Counted from the first letter of the stretch, positions 49,969-61,998 are shown. The stretch: DNA of 62,166 nucleotides from Clostridia bacterium (GCA_045656645.1 JAZORN010000060.1:1-62166), one strand, 5' to 3'. Notes: a model not told the origin generated them from the letters alone. Translations and numbers: made by a program.

Positions 49969-50245
49969 TAAGCCTAGGAGAGCCCAGCCCCATATGCCTT
50001 AAACTTGTTAAATTTGTATGTTTTCAATTTGTCGGTTTTGTAGGGCGTCAGCCCAACTTCAACCTTCGCATTAAAACCATAGCAAATTTTCCTGCGTTTA
50101 AGGTCGAAGAGCTTAAAAACAAGAATTTTTGCTATAAGACAAAGAAAATTCAAAAATAATACTGACGTATATTTGCAGAATTTTCTGCAGTATTATACGA
50201 AAATTCTGTTTTTAACCCATATTGGGCTGGGCTATCCTAGGCTTA
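49969..50245 (+). mobile_element. 277-bp Y-shaped element, subfamily A, inserted in the spoIIM 3' end
   Basis: 28-bp IR TAAGCCTAGGAGAGCCCAGCCCCATATG / CATATTGGGCTGGGCTATCCTAGGCTTA (2 mismatches); second copy at 1-200. Confidence 0.92.
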
Positions 50246-50774
50246 GTGCACGGAAAAGCACCATTTCAATACCGCCTGAAAGCATCGCTCCAAATAGCAT
50301 CAGGAAAAGTTCACCCTTTTTTAGTGTTACTGTACCTCCTCCCGTTTCAATGGAAAGCCTTTGCTTTCTTGCTGTTTCCACTGAAAAAAACATTAAAAGC
50401 GGCAGGATGGAAAAGCACTGCGGCATAGCAGACATTATCCCCTCTTTAACCCCTATATATGTAAACATGTACATAAGTGAAAAGCTGCTCATACACCCAC
50501 GAAGAAGCATAATAGGGTGCATTGAGGAAACGGGGAGAATGTTGCGGGCAATAAAAATCGAAAAAAGCCATAAAAGGTTAATCCACGAAAGCCTGAAAAA
50601 ATCCATCAGCTCCAAAGCCGTGCTGTATTCAAAATTGCCTTCAAAAACGGCGCTGTTACTCCTTTGCTGACCGTAAAACAAAACAATTCCCATTATTATA
50701 CCCAGCGTAAAATTTATTGCAGTAAAAAGGCATAGCTTTTTGCGTTCCTCTCTCAAATTTATCACCCCACGCAA
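50232..50774 (-). CDS. spoIIM: stage II sporulation protein M-like membrane protein
   Basis: Multi-TM protein, LLRG and PQ motifs, position upstream of xerD; divergent sequence. Confidence 0.65.
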   Translation of the reverse strand: MRGVINLREERKKLCLFTAINFTLGIIMGIVLFYGQQRSNSAVFEGNFEYSTALELMDFFRLSWINLLWLFSIFIARNILPVSSMHPIMLLRGCMSSFSLMYMFTYIGVKEGIMSAMPQCFSILPLLMFFSVETARKQRLSIETGGGTVTLKKGELFLMLFGAMLSGGIEMVLFRALSLG

Positions 50775-50801
50775 AATACTATGCCTGTCCTATAGAAAAT
50801 A

Positions 50802-51446
50802 TTACATTGCTGACAAAATCTCCAAAAGTGCATACGGTGAATCTGCAAGAGCACAGACACCGCTTTTCTGAAGCTCGCCCTCTCTTGCAAAGCCGTACGT
50901 CACACCGATACATTCTATACCGTTTTTTTGTGCGCCTATAGCGTCATGCTCACGGTCACCGACCATTATCGTATTTTCCTTATCTGTCCCAAGCGCCCTC
51001 ATTGCATTTTTTATAACAAGTGCTTTGTCGGTATTTCTGCCGTCAAGTTCACTTCCGAAAAGAGCATCAATATATGGCGTAATTCCATATTTATCGGCAA
51101 TTTGCTGCGCAAAAACGGTGGGCTTACTCGTTGCAATTGCCATTACCTTACCCGCATCCTTTAGTGCCTTCATCACTTCAATAATGCCGTCATATATCTC
51201 ATTTTCAAAAATTCCTATGGGCGCAAATCTCTCACGGTAGATTTTTACGGCTTTCTCCCCGTCTTCTTCCGAAAGCGAGGCATACTTCATAAACTGCTCC
51301 TTGAGGGGCGGACCTATAAACTCAATAAGCTCATCACACGTTCTTTCTATATTAAAATGCCTTAGAGCATGCTGAACACATTTAGTTATCCCCTCTTTTG
51401 GATTGGTAAGTGTTCCGTCAAGGTCAAAAAGAATATATTTAATCAA
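50802..51446 (-). CDS. HAD-family hydrolase
   Basis: FDLDGTL, ATSKP, MVGDREHD. Confidence 0.93.
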   Translation of the reverse strand: MIKYILFDLDGTLTNPKEGITKCVQHALRHFNIERTCDELIEFIGPPLKEQFMKYASLSEEDGEKAVKIYRERFAPIGIFENEIYDGIIEVMKALKDAGKVMAIATSKPTVFAQQIADKYGITPYIDALFGSELDGRNTDKALVIKNAMRALGTDKENTIMVGDREHDAIGAQKNGIECIGVTYGFAREGELQKSGVCALADSPYALLEILSAM

Positions 51447-51534
51447 AAAACCGTCACCTCTGTCTTGAAATTATCTTTTATTTCTTATATAATATCACTG
51501 TTTGGCTAATTAAACAAGAGAGGAAATAAATTTT

Positions 51535-52008
51535 ATGCAAAAGACGAATGTTATGCGTATGCTCGATAAAGCAAAAATACCCTACCGCACTGTAGAATAT
51601 GAGGTTGACGAATCCGATTTGTCGGGGGTTCACATCGCACACACAACGGGTATGAATCCCGATACAGTATTCAAAACGCTCGTTGCAAAGGGAGATAAAA
51701 CGGGTTTTTTAGTGTTTTGTATCCCCTGCGATAAAGAGGTTGACCTCAAAAAAGCGGCTAAAATATCAAATAATAAAAAGGTGGAATTTTTGCATCTTAA
51801 GGATTTGCTTCCCACTACAGGCTATATCCGCGGCGGTTGCAGTCCGATAGGTATGAAAAAGAAATTTCCTACATATATACACGAAACTGCCTGCGCTTTT
51901 GAAACAATCAGCGTCAGCGGCGGACAACGTGGACTGCAGGTTATTTTATCACCCAAAGAACTGTGCGACTTCATCGGGGCACAGTTTTGCGACTTAATAA
52001 CAGATTAG
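51535..52008 (+). CDS. ybaK: Cys-tRNA(Pro) deacylase
   Basis: KTNVMRML, VFKTLV, GYIRGGCSPIG. Confidence 0.95.
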   Translation: MQKTNVMRMLDKAKIPYRTVEYEVDESDLSGVHIAHTTGMNPDTVFKTLVAKGDKTGFLVFCIPCDKEVDLKKAAKISNNKKVEFLHLKDLLPTTGYIRGGCSPIGMKKKFPTYIHETACAFETISVSGGQRGLQVILSPKELCDFIGAQFCDLITD

Positions 52009-52021
52009 AGAGGAATAAAAA

Positions 52022-52903
52022 ATGAAAACTTCACATATCAGCCTTTTTGCAAAGCTGTGTCTTCTGCTTGCAACACTTATCTGGGGCTCTACATTTTTTA
52101 TAATGGAGGGAACCATTCAAAACATTGGCATATTTTCACTGCTTGCAATAAGGTTTTTAATTGCAACCCTTATACTTTTTATAATCCTGATAAAAAGAAT
52201 TCATTTAATAAACCGCAGTTATCTTATACGTGGATTTTTAATGGGGCTTTTCGTAATTGCCGCATACATATTCCAGACCTACGGTCTTGCAGACGAGGGA
52301 ACTACACCCGGTAAAAATGCATTTCTGACGGCTACCTACTGCGTGATAGTTCCGTTTCTTGCGTGGGCACTTAAAGGGCCACGCCCCGACAAATATAATA
52401 TCTGTGCGGCACTGATGTGTATTTTCGGTATAACGCTGATTTCAGTTAACGGAAACGATTTTACAAGCATTTGCCTGGGCGATATTCTCACGCTTCTCGG
52501 CGGAATTTTCTTTTCATTTCATATGGTGTGTGTTTCCTTCTTTTCAAAGGGACGTGACGTATTAATCCTTACTATGCTGCAGTTCTTTTTTGCAGGAATT
52601 ATCGCACTTATCGGGGCACTTTTCCTTGAAACATTGCCATCACATATCCCGCCTGCAAGCATTGCTGCTATTCTTTATCTTACAGTTATGGCAACGTGCC
52701 TTTGTTATATACTTCAGAATGTGGGGCAAAAATTCACCGCTCCCTCAACGAGTGCACTTATCCTGAGCCTTGAGGCGGTATTCGGAGTACTCTTCTCCGT
52801 TGTTTTCACATCAGAGATAATTACCCCGAGACTTCTTCTTGGTTTTATTATTGTCTTTTTATCGGTTATTGTGTCGGAAATAAAACCAAAATTCTTCAGA
52901 TGA
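52022..52903 (+). CDS. EamA/DMT family transporter
   Basis: IWGSTF, about 10 TM segments, LILSLEAVF. Confidence 0.92.
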   Translation: MKTSHISLFAKLCLLLATLIWGSTFFIMEGTIQNIGIFSLLAIRFLIATLILFIILIKRIHLINRSYLIRGFLMGLFVIAAYIFQTYGLADEGTTPGKNAFLTATYCVIVPFLAWALKGPRPDKYNICAALMCIFGITLISVNGNDFTSICLGDILTLLGGIFFSFHMVCVSFFSKGRDVLILTMLQFFFAGIIALIGALFLETLPSHIPPASIAAILYLTVMATCLCYILQNVGQKFTAPSTSALILSLEAVFGVLFSVVFTSEIITPRLLLGFIIVFLSVIVSEIKPKFFR

Positions 52904-52992
52904 ATTCGAAATACAATATATTTTTTACTAAAATTCATTGAAAAACGCAACATATTGTGTTATGCTATAATAAAAGGCAAAGGAGGATTACT

Positions 52993-53409
52993 TTGGAATT
53001 TTTGTCACATTGTCCTGAGGACACAGAAAATTTTGCATATAATTTTGCACAGAATATTTCTTCACCTCACATCATCTGCCTTATCGGTGACCTCGGTGCA
53101 GGAAAGACTGCTTTTACAAGAGGTTTTGTGCGGTTTTTCGGTGTGGAAAAGGGTGTATCCTCCCCCACGTTTATTATAATGCACCGCTATACGGGACGTG
53201 AGGTTATAAATCATTATGACCTTTACAGAATAAATGATTATGATGAGCTTATCGATATAGGCTTTGAGGAGCAGATTGAAAGCGGTATTTCCCTTATCGA
53301 ATGGCCTGACGCATTTATGGAATATCTACCCGAAGATAAAACTGTTATAAAAATCAGCCGCACACAAGGCGGTGGCGATGAAAGACTTATCGAGGTGATT
53401 GAAAAATGA
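52993..53409 (+). CDS. tsaE: t6A biosynthesis ATPase
   Basis: GDLGAGKT, SSPTF, HYDLYR, IEW; TTG start after AGGAGG. Confidence 0.96.
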   Translation: MEFLSHCPEDTENFAYNFAQNISSPHIICLIGDLGAGKTAFTRGFVRFFGVEKGVSSPTFIIMHRYTGREVINHYDLYRINDYDELIDIGFEEQIESGISLIEWPDAFMEYLPEDKTVIKISRTQGGGDERLIEVIEK

Positions 53410-54092
53410 AAATACTTGCACTTGACACCTCTGCACTAACCGCAACGGCGGCAGTTTTAGACGGTGACACCATTGTTTGTGAAGAAAGTACTACGACAAA
53501 GCTTACACATTCACAGACCATTATGCCAATGGTGGATGACCTGCTCAAAAAGGCATCGCTTGACATAGGCGATATTGACCTTTTTGCCTGTAGCGTGGGC
53601 CCAGGGTCATTTACGGGGCTGAGAATAGGTATCGGTACAATAAAGGGGCTTGCATACGGATGCGGAAAAAAGGTGTGCGCAGTTTCCACGCTTGAGGCAC
53701 TGGCATATAATATCCCCTTTTCAGACTTTCTTATCGCCCCCATTATGGATGCACGTCGGGAGCAGGTATATAATGCACTATACAAATGGGAAAATGGCAA
53801 GCTTATTACAATAGAAGAGCCACGTGCAATAAGTATAGAGGAGCTTTGTACGTCGCTTAACAAAAAAACTGTTTTTGTCGGTGACGGTGTAAAGGTCTAT
53901 AAGGAAAAAATCAGTGTGCTTTTAGGTGACAATGCACTTTTCGCACCACCCTCACACGTACTGCAAAGGGCATCATGCGTGGCTATTGCAGCACTTGAAA
54001 AAGAAGCAATCACCCCCGCAGAGCTATCCGCAGTATATCTTCGTAAGCCTCAGGCGGAACGTGAACGTGAAGAAAGGAATGAAGTAAAATGA
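53406..54092 (+). CDS. tsaB: t6A biosynthesis protein
   Basis: ILALDTS, HSQ, GPGSFTGLRIG, DARR. Confidence 0.96.
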   Translation: MKILALDTSALTATAAVLDGDTIVCEESTTTKLTHSQTIMPMVDDLLKKASLDIGDIDLFACSVGPGSFTGLRIGIGTIKGLAYGCGKKVCAVSTLEALAYNIPFSDFLIAPIMDARREQVYNALYKWENGKLITIEEPRAISIEELCTSLNKKTVFVGDGVKVYKEKISVLLGDNALFAPPSHVLQRASCVAIAALEKEAITPAELSAVYLRKPQAEREREERNEVK

Positions 54093-54526
54093 AAATAGCA
54101 ATGGCAGCAGACCACGGCGGTTATGAACTTAAAAACATTCTGCGTGAATATCTCACACAGAAAGGACACAGTGTAACGGATTTTGGTACAAATTCACCCG
54201 ATAGTGTTGACTACCCCGATTTTGCACAGCTTTGTTGCAATGAGGTTATTAAAAAAGAGGCTGACTTTGGCATACTTGTATGCGGCAGCGGCGTTGGCAT
54301 ATCAATTGCCGCAAATAAAATAGACGGTATCCGTTGCGGACTTTGCCCGTCAGCGGAGATTGCCGCACTTGTAAAGCAGCACAACAATGCGAATGTTATT
54401 GCTCTTGGCGGAAGATTTACTGCACCCGACCTTGCAAAGGAAATCGTAGATGCCTATATGAATGCAGAATTTGAGGGTGGCAGACATCAGCAGAGAATAG
54501 ATAAAATAATGAATTTGGAAAAATAA
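54089..54526 (+). CDS. rpiB: ribose-5-phosphate isomerase B
   Basis: DHGG, DYPD, CGSGVG, FEGGRH. Confidence 0.96.
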   Translation: MKIAMAADHGGYELKNILREYLTQKGHSVTDFGTNSPDSVDYPDFAQLCCNEVIKKEADFGILVCGSGVGISIAANKIDGIRCGLCPSAEIAALVKQHNNANVIALGGRFTAPDLAKEIVDAYMNAEFEGGRHQQRIDKIMNLEK

Positions 54527-54545
54527 ATTACAATTTTGCATTTTT

Positions 54546-54686
54546 AAGTTCGAAATTCGAAGTTCGAAGTTTGAAATGAATGTAGATTTTCTCTACACGA
54601 AAATCTTATCTATAAAAGATTTTTTGTCTTGCAAAAAATTCACCATCATTTCGCATTTCGCATTTTGCATTTCGCATTTCGCATTT
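54546..54686. repeat. inverted heptamer arrays flanking a structured core
   Basis: (AARTTCG)x4 ... (CATTTCG)x5. Confidence 0.85.
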
Positions 54687-54706
54687 ATATTTAAGGAGGA
54701 ATTTTG

Positions 54707-55165
54707 ATGCGTTGTCCGTATTGCGGTCATGATGACAGTAAGGTTATTGACTCCCGTCCGACTGAGGAGGGTGTTGCAATCAGAAGAAGGCGTGAATGTA
54801 TAAAATGCGCCCAGCGTTTCACCACTTATGAAAAGGTTGAAACACTCCCCATCGTAGTAATCAAGAAGGATAAAACGAGGGAGCTATTCAGCCGTGAAAA
54901 GCTTCTGGCAGGACTTACACACGCTTGCGAAAAAAGACCTGTTGAAACGAGTATGCTCGATTCTCTTGTAGACAGAATTGAATCGGATTTGCAAAACACC
55001 CTTAAGAGAGAGGTTTCTACAAGAGAAATCGGTGAAAAGGTTATGGAAGGACTTAAAGACATTGATGAGGTTGCATATGTTCGTTTTGCCTCTGTCTACC
55101 GTCAGTTTAAGGATGTCAACACCTTTATTGCAGAGGTTAATAAATTACTTACCGATAAAAATTAA
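54707..55165 (+). CDS. nrdR: transcriptional repressor NrdR
   Basis: CPYC, RRRREC, ATP cone, YVRFASVY. Confidence 0.98.
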   Translation: MRCPYCGHDDSKVIDSRPTEEGVAIRRRRECIKCAQRFTTYEKVETLPIVVIKKDKTRELFSREKLLAGLTHACEKRPVETSMLDSLVDRIESDLQNTLKREVSTREIGEKVMEGLKDIDEVAYVRFASVYRQFKDVNTFIAEVNKLLTDKN

Positions 55166-55277
55166 AGAAGCGTGCCGCTTCACCCACTTCGCGTCCCAAC
55201 TAAATTTAAACAAGGCAAATGTTGCTCGCGATAAAAATACGCAAATTCCTATATAAAAAAAGAAACGGAGATTGATT

Positions 55278-56942
55278 ATGGCTAAGGAACGTTATTATTA
55301 TGATGTGCAGCCACTCACTTCCCTCAGAGAGCTGATTGAGCTTGCAAAAAACGAATCCGGCGACACGGTTGCCTACAAATTTAAAAACGCTGACAAACAA
55401 ATCGAGGAAGTCACCTACTCACAATTTTATGAGGATGTATATTCCCTCGGCACAGCACTTGCAGATATGGGGGTTTCAAAAGCACATATTGCCTGCATTG
55501 CAGAAAACAGCTACAAATGGATTAATACATATCTTATGACACTTTGCTCCGACTGCGTATTTGTCGGCATTGATAAGGAGCTTCCCGAAAAGGATTACCT
55601 TCACGTTATCAAAGACAGTGACAGCGAGGTTGTATTCTACCACCAGAAGATTGAGGATAGTCTTCGCGCTCATCGTGAGGAGCTTTCAAAGGTTAAATAC
55701 TTTATCGGTATTGACCGCAGTGAGGATGACGGGGAATTCCTTTCCTTTGACCTTCTTCGTGAAAAGGGACGTGCTCTCTACAAAGGCGGAAACACCTCAT
55801 ACACCGATATGAAAAACGATTATGAGGCAATGAAGATGCTTGTTTACACATCAGGCACAACAGGTTTTTCAAAGGGCGTTATGCTTTCAGAAAAAAATCT
55901 TGTTTCCCTTATTTATTTCGGTCTTCGTTCTGCTACAATATATGACAGATGCCTTTCAATACTCCCCTACCATCATACATATGAGGCAGTATGCGGCATC
56001 CTTGTAGGTATACATAAGCGTGTTACACTCTGCATCAATGAAAGCTTGCGTGCAGTTGCAAAAAACCTTGCATTATATAAGCCAAACTATATGTACGTTG
56101 TTCCCGCAGTTGCATCTGCACTGCATAAAAATGTACTGCGCACTGCACAGAAGCAGGGAAAGCTTAAAGTGCTTCTTCTTATGATGAAGGTCAGTAATGC
56201 CCTCAGAAAGGTTGGAATTGACCTTAGAAGAAAGCTTTTCGCATCTGTTCACGAAGGGCTTGGCGGTGAGCTTTTAGAGGTTGTTTGCGGTGGTGCACCT
56301 ATTCCCGTAGATACTGCATATTTCTTTGATGCAATCGGTATTATGATACTTAACGGTTATGGCATTACAGAATGTTCACCTCTTGTAAGTGTAAACTCAC
56401 CCAAAGACAGTGATTACAAAACTGTAGGCTATCCGCTTGAGTGTGTTGAGATTAAAATTGACGAGCCTGATAACGACGGAATTGGTGAAATCTGCGTTAA
56501 GGGTGACATTGTAATGCTCGGCTACTATAAAAAGCCTGAGCAGACCGCAGAGGTTATTAAGGACGGCTGGTTCTCTACGGGCGATTTTGGTTACTTAAAC
56601 AAAAAGGGACAGCTTGTTATTACGGGAAGAAAGAAAAACATTATTGTTCTTGACAACGGCAAGAATATTTACCCGGAGGAAATTGAGGAATATATTTATA
56701 CAATTCCTTATGTTAAAGAGGTTGTTGTGTACGATTCGACAGACGGTGATAAGCTTATCCTCTGTGCTGAAATTTACCCTGACAACGAGCTTTTGGGTGA
56801 CAGCGATGTAAATGCCGACATCTGCAGAGTTCTTTCCGAGCTTCCCCCGTATAAACAGATTGGTAAAATCGTAATGCGTGAGGAAGAGTTCGTGAAAAAC
56901 TCCTCCAGAAAAATCAAACGTGGCGAAATTATTAAGAAATAA
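55278..56942 (+). CDS. long-chain fatty acid-CoA ligase / AMP-binding enzyme
   Basis: YTSGTTG..KGV, GYGITE, TGD, GRKKN. Confidence 0.92.
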   Translation: MAKERYYYDVQPLTSLRELIELAKNESGDTVAYKFKNADKQIEEVTYSQFYEDVYSLGTALADMGVSKAHIACIAENSYKWINTYLMTLCSDCVFVGIDKELPEKDYLHVIKDSDSEVVFYHQKIEDSLRAHREELSKVKYFIGIDRSEDDGEFLSFDLLREKGRALYKGGNTSYTDMKNDYEAMKMLVYTSGTTGFSKGVMLSEKNLVSLIYFGLRSATIYDRCLSILPYHHTYEAVCGILVGIHKRVTLCINESLRAVAKNLALYKPNYMYVVPAVASALHKNVLRTAQKQGKLKVLLLMMKVSNALRKVGIDLRRKLFASVHEGLGGELLEVVCGGAPIPVDTAYFFDAIGIMILNGYGITECSPLVSVNSPKDSDYKTVGYPLECVEIKIDEPDNDGIGEICVKGDIVMLGYYKKPEQTAEVIKDGWFSTGDFGYLNKKGQLVITGRKKNIIVLDNGKNIYPEEIEEYIYTIPYVKEVVVYDSTDGDKLILCAEIYPDNELLGDSDVNADICRVLSELPPYKQIGKIVMREEEFVKNSSRKIKRGEIIKK

Positions 56943-57030
56943 TTATAATCAATTAGTAGAACTGCCTGTTTTGGCAGTTCTATTTTTTTGCCTGTCCGCA
57001 TATATTTATTCTGACAAAGGAGGATTTTTT

Positions 57031-58353
57031 ATGCAGACAGAGTATCCACCTCTTCGTGGGGGCGGTTTTATTATATCACCACAAAACTCAGGCACTATTC
57101 CAAAGGCAAAGCCCTTTTCCCCACCCCGAAAAAAAAGAGTAGTAAAAATAAAGGAGCTTATCTTTCCCGTTTTAAGTGACTACTGCTCTTACGCAGAAGG
57201 TATGACAAGCCGCATTATTTCAAAGCTCCTTTCTTCACTTATCGCACTGTGCTCAGTAGCAGTATTTTTTAAATATTTTACTTTCGGAACAATAATCTGT
57301 GTTGACGGAAACTATGTTGCCACCGCAAATTCTGACAAGAGCTTTTACAGTGCTTATTCTGCCGCCGATACAATAGCAGAGCAAAACGGAATTTATGATT
57401 TTAAACCTGATTTTTCGCTGACACCGACACTTACACTTAAAAACAATATCGAGAGCACACAAACAGTCCGTGACGAGCTTCTTCTATCCTCACCGCATTT
57501 TGTGCGTGGATGTGTTCTTTATTCAAAAAACACTCCCGTTTTCAGTGCCGAAAGCAAGAGCATTGCAAAGGAAGTTGTTGACGATTATATAAAAGCTTAT
57601 TCAATGAACGGCACTGTCAGCCTCAGCAGTGATATCAGTTTTAAGGAATGTGTTATTTCAAGAGATGAAATTTCAGGCAAAGAAGAATGCAGCGACCTTC
57701 TTTTTCAAAAAGATGCCATTGCCGTTACAAGTGTTGTAAATAAGGCTGTGGAAAAAGAAATTCCTTTTGAAACAAAAACACAAAATGACGCAAATCTCTA
57801 CATAGGCGAAAGTGTTACAGTTACCGAAGGTGTTCCGGGAAAATCAGCAATAACAGAAGAAACTGTTTATCATAACGGCACACAAAAATCAAGCCGAATT
57901 CTCACGGAAAATTTAATTCTTCCGCCCGTGACAAAGGTTGTCCGTGTAGGTACAAAGGAAAAGGAGGTTCTTAAAACGGGCGTTCTGTATCCTCTTGAGG
58001 GGGTTATTTCCTCCCCTTTTGGGTCCCGTTGGGGAAAAATGCACGAGGGGCTTGACATTGCAGTAAGCGAGGGTACACCCGTGCTTGCCGCAGAATGCGG
58101 CACTGTATCATACGTCAGTGAAAACGCAGGCGGTTACGGAAAATTTATCCGCATTGACCACGGCTACGGCGTAGAAACCGCGTACGCACATCTTAGCAAA
58201 ATTGAAGTGAGTGTAGGGCAAAGCGTAAACGCAAATACACGTATAGCACTAAGCGGCAATACGGGAAGGTCAACAGGACCGCATCTGCATTTTGAAATAA
58301 CACAAAATGATACACCGCTTGACCCTATAAAATATCTAAAAAAACGTTTTTAA
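57031..58353 (+). CDS. G5 and M23 domain peptidoglycan peptidase
   Basis: G5 (VTEGVPG..VVRVGT), HEGLD, STGPHLHFE; AGGAGG RBS. Confidence 0.9.
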   Translation: MQTEYPPLRGGGFIISPQNSGTIPKAKPFSPPRKKRVVKIKELIFPVLSDYCSYAEGMTSRIISKLLSSLIALCSVAVFFKYFTFGTIICVDGNYVATANSDKSFYSAYSAADTIAEQNGIYDFKPDFSLTPTLTLKNNIESTQTVRDELLLSSPHFVRGCVLYSKNTPVFSAESKSIAKEVVDDYIKAYSMNGTVSLSSDISFKECVISRDEISGKEECSDLLFQKDAIAVTSVVNKAVEKEIPFETKTQNDANLYIGESVTVTEGVPGKSAITEETVYHNGTQKSSRILTENLILPPVTKVVRVGTKEKEVLKTGVLYPLEGVISSPFGSRWGKMHEGLDIAVSEGTPVLAAECGTVSYVSENAGGYGKFIRIDHGYGVETAYAHLSKIEVSVGQSVNANTRIALSGNTGRSTGPHLHFEITQNDTPLDPIKYLKKRF

Positions 58354-59019
58354 TATATCAACCCCTGCCCCAATCTTTGGGGATATTATATGCCATTTTG
58401 AGCGCCAAAATGGCGAAAAGCGTCGGGGGATTTCGATTTCCCCCGAACCCCTTTGAAACGACCTCGCAGGGGCGATTTCAATTTCGGGCGTGCCACAGAA
58501 TTAATAATTGGTCTTTGTTTATAAATTTGCTTTACTTTCATTGCGCCGTCCGCATTGAAAAACTCATTTTCAAGATGGACTAAAAATTGCCCGTCAGCAG
58601 CGGAAATTGATACGGGCAATTTTTACCCAAGAAAGCAAAGCAACTTTACAAACCCTGAGAGTGTGGAAGTTAGTTAGTTTTATATCAAACTAACCATAGC
58701 CATAAAGCTGCGTTTTTCCGTGTTTTTTGTCGACTACCGAGAAATTGCGAGCATCATTTTCCTTTGCTGGCTCGCAATTTCAGCCGTCAGAGGAAACTAA
58801 GTGTTTCCTTTTTGTAGGCGGCGGTTCAAAGGCGGAAAGCACGGAAAAACAATACCCACACTGTATAAATGATATATCGTCCATTATTTTCTGCGCCCCT
58901 GCGAGGTCGTTTTGGGGGCGTGGGGGAATCGAAACCCCCACGTTTTTGGTCCTTTTGACACCAAAAGGACATATTGCCTAGCGCTCCGCTCATTTTTTAA
59001 GCATTGCTTTTTCTTACGC
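58345..59019 (+). mobile_element. family C ~680-bp multi-hairpin element, full copy
   Basis: Second copy at 24893-25347; perfect 19-bp long-range IR 58456-58474 / 58894-58912. Confidence 0.88.
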
Positions 59020-59064
59020 TAAAAAAGAGATAGAATGGATGCGCCCTTCTATCTCTTTTTTAGT
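59019..59064. terminator. bidirectional terminator
   Basis: CTAAAAAAGAGATAGAA...TTCTATCTCTTTTTTAG. Confidence 0.8.
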
Positions 59065-59667
59065 TTATTCCTTTGGTATATGTACTTTCTTGGTTTTCTT
59101 ATCAACACAAACTATCACATACCCGTTTTTATAAAGCTTTTCTCCTGATAAAAACTCCAGCGGATTGCCCTCGCTTTCATTTACCAAAAGTCCGAGGGCA
59201 CTGCTGCCGTCACTTTCCCCCACATAGTAATGTCCGTGCCTTTTAAAATTATCGTAAACACTTTTATTACTTAAAATGTACCTTATTTCCTCCTGCAGAT
59301 TTTTATAGCTTTTTTCCGTTACTTTTTTCCAGTTAAATCCGTCAATCTGAAACGGAGCGACTTCCTGCATTTTTTCCTCCGCTTTGTCAGGCAATGGCAA
59401 AGTATTTTCATTATCTTCTGCGTATTTTCCTATAAACATCTGTCTTCCCGTCTGCGTAATTAATATGGCATTATGTTTTTTTGTATCAATGTTTTTTTGA
59501 AGTTTCCCGTCTACAAGATTTCCGATGCTTTCCGCCTCGCCACCGATAAGCCAGGCTTTCATACCACCGCAGACACCGTTTATCTGAATCTCTACTGATG
59601 TATCTGTCACTCTTGCACTTCCCTTACCTATTTCGGCAAGGGGGGTAAGCTCAATTATTTTTTCCAT
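59065..59667 (-). CDS. hypothetical protein
   Basis: About 200-aa ORF with GAAAGGA RBS; no family recognised. Confidence 0.75.
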   Translation of the reverse strand: MEKIIELTPLAEIGKGSARVTDTSVEIQINGVCGGMKAWLIGGEAESIGNLVDGKLQKNIDTKKHNAILITQTGRQMFIGKYAEDNENTLPLPDKAEEKMQEVAPFQIDGFNWKKVTEKSYKNLQEEIRYILSNKSVYDNFKRHGHYYVGESDGSSALGLLVNESEGNPLEFLSGEKLYKNGYVIVCVDKKTKKVHIPKE

Positions 59668-59826
59668 ATTTATCATTCCTTTCATTTATAGTTATGAAAA
59701 ATCGGTTATAATTATTATCAAATTGTAAAGTTTTAGACTTTTTTCCAAATAAGGTGTTGAAAAAATTTTTAAATGTGATATTATATATATCTAGACATAA
59801 AATTTTAAGGGCTTATTATTTTTTAG

Positions 59827-60123
<297 letters not shown>

Positions 60124-60127
60124 CTGC

Positions 60128-61998
<1,871 letters not shown>

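Noticed and set aside
54546-54686. CRISPR array
   Set aside because: 7-bp tandem units without spacers; no cas genes or repeat-spacer pattern in the window.
58345-59019. Group I/II intron or RNase P/tmRNA/SRP RNA
   Set aside because: I could not find domain V, P7 or the housekeeping-RNA signature sequences by eye; it is intergenic and multicopy. A cmscan is still needed.
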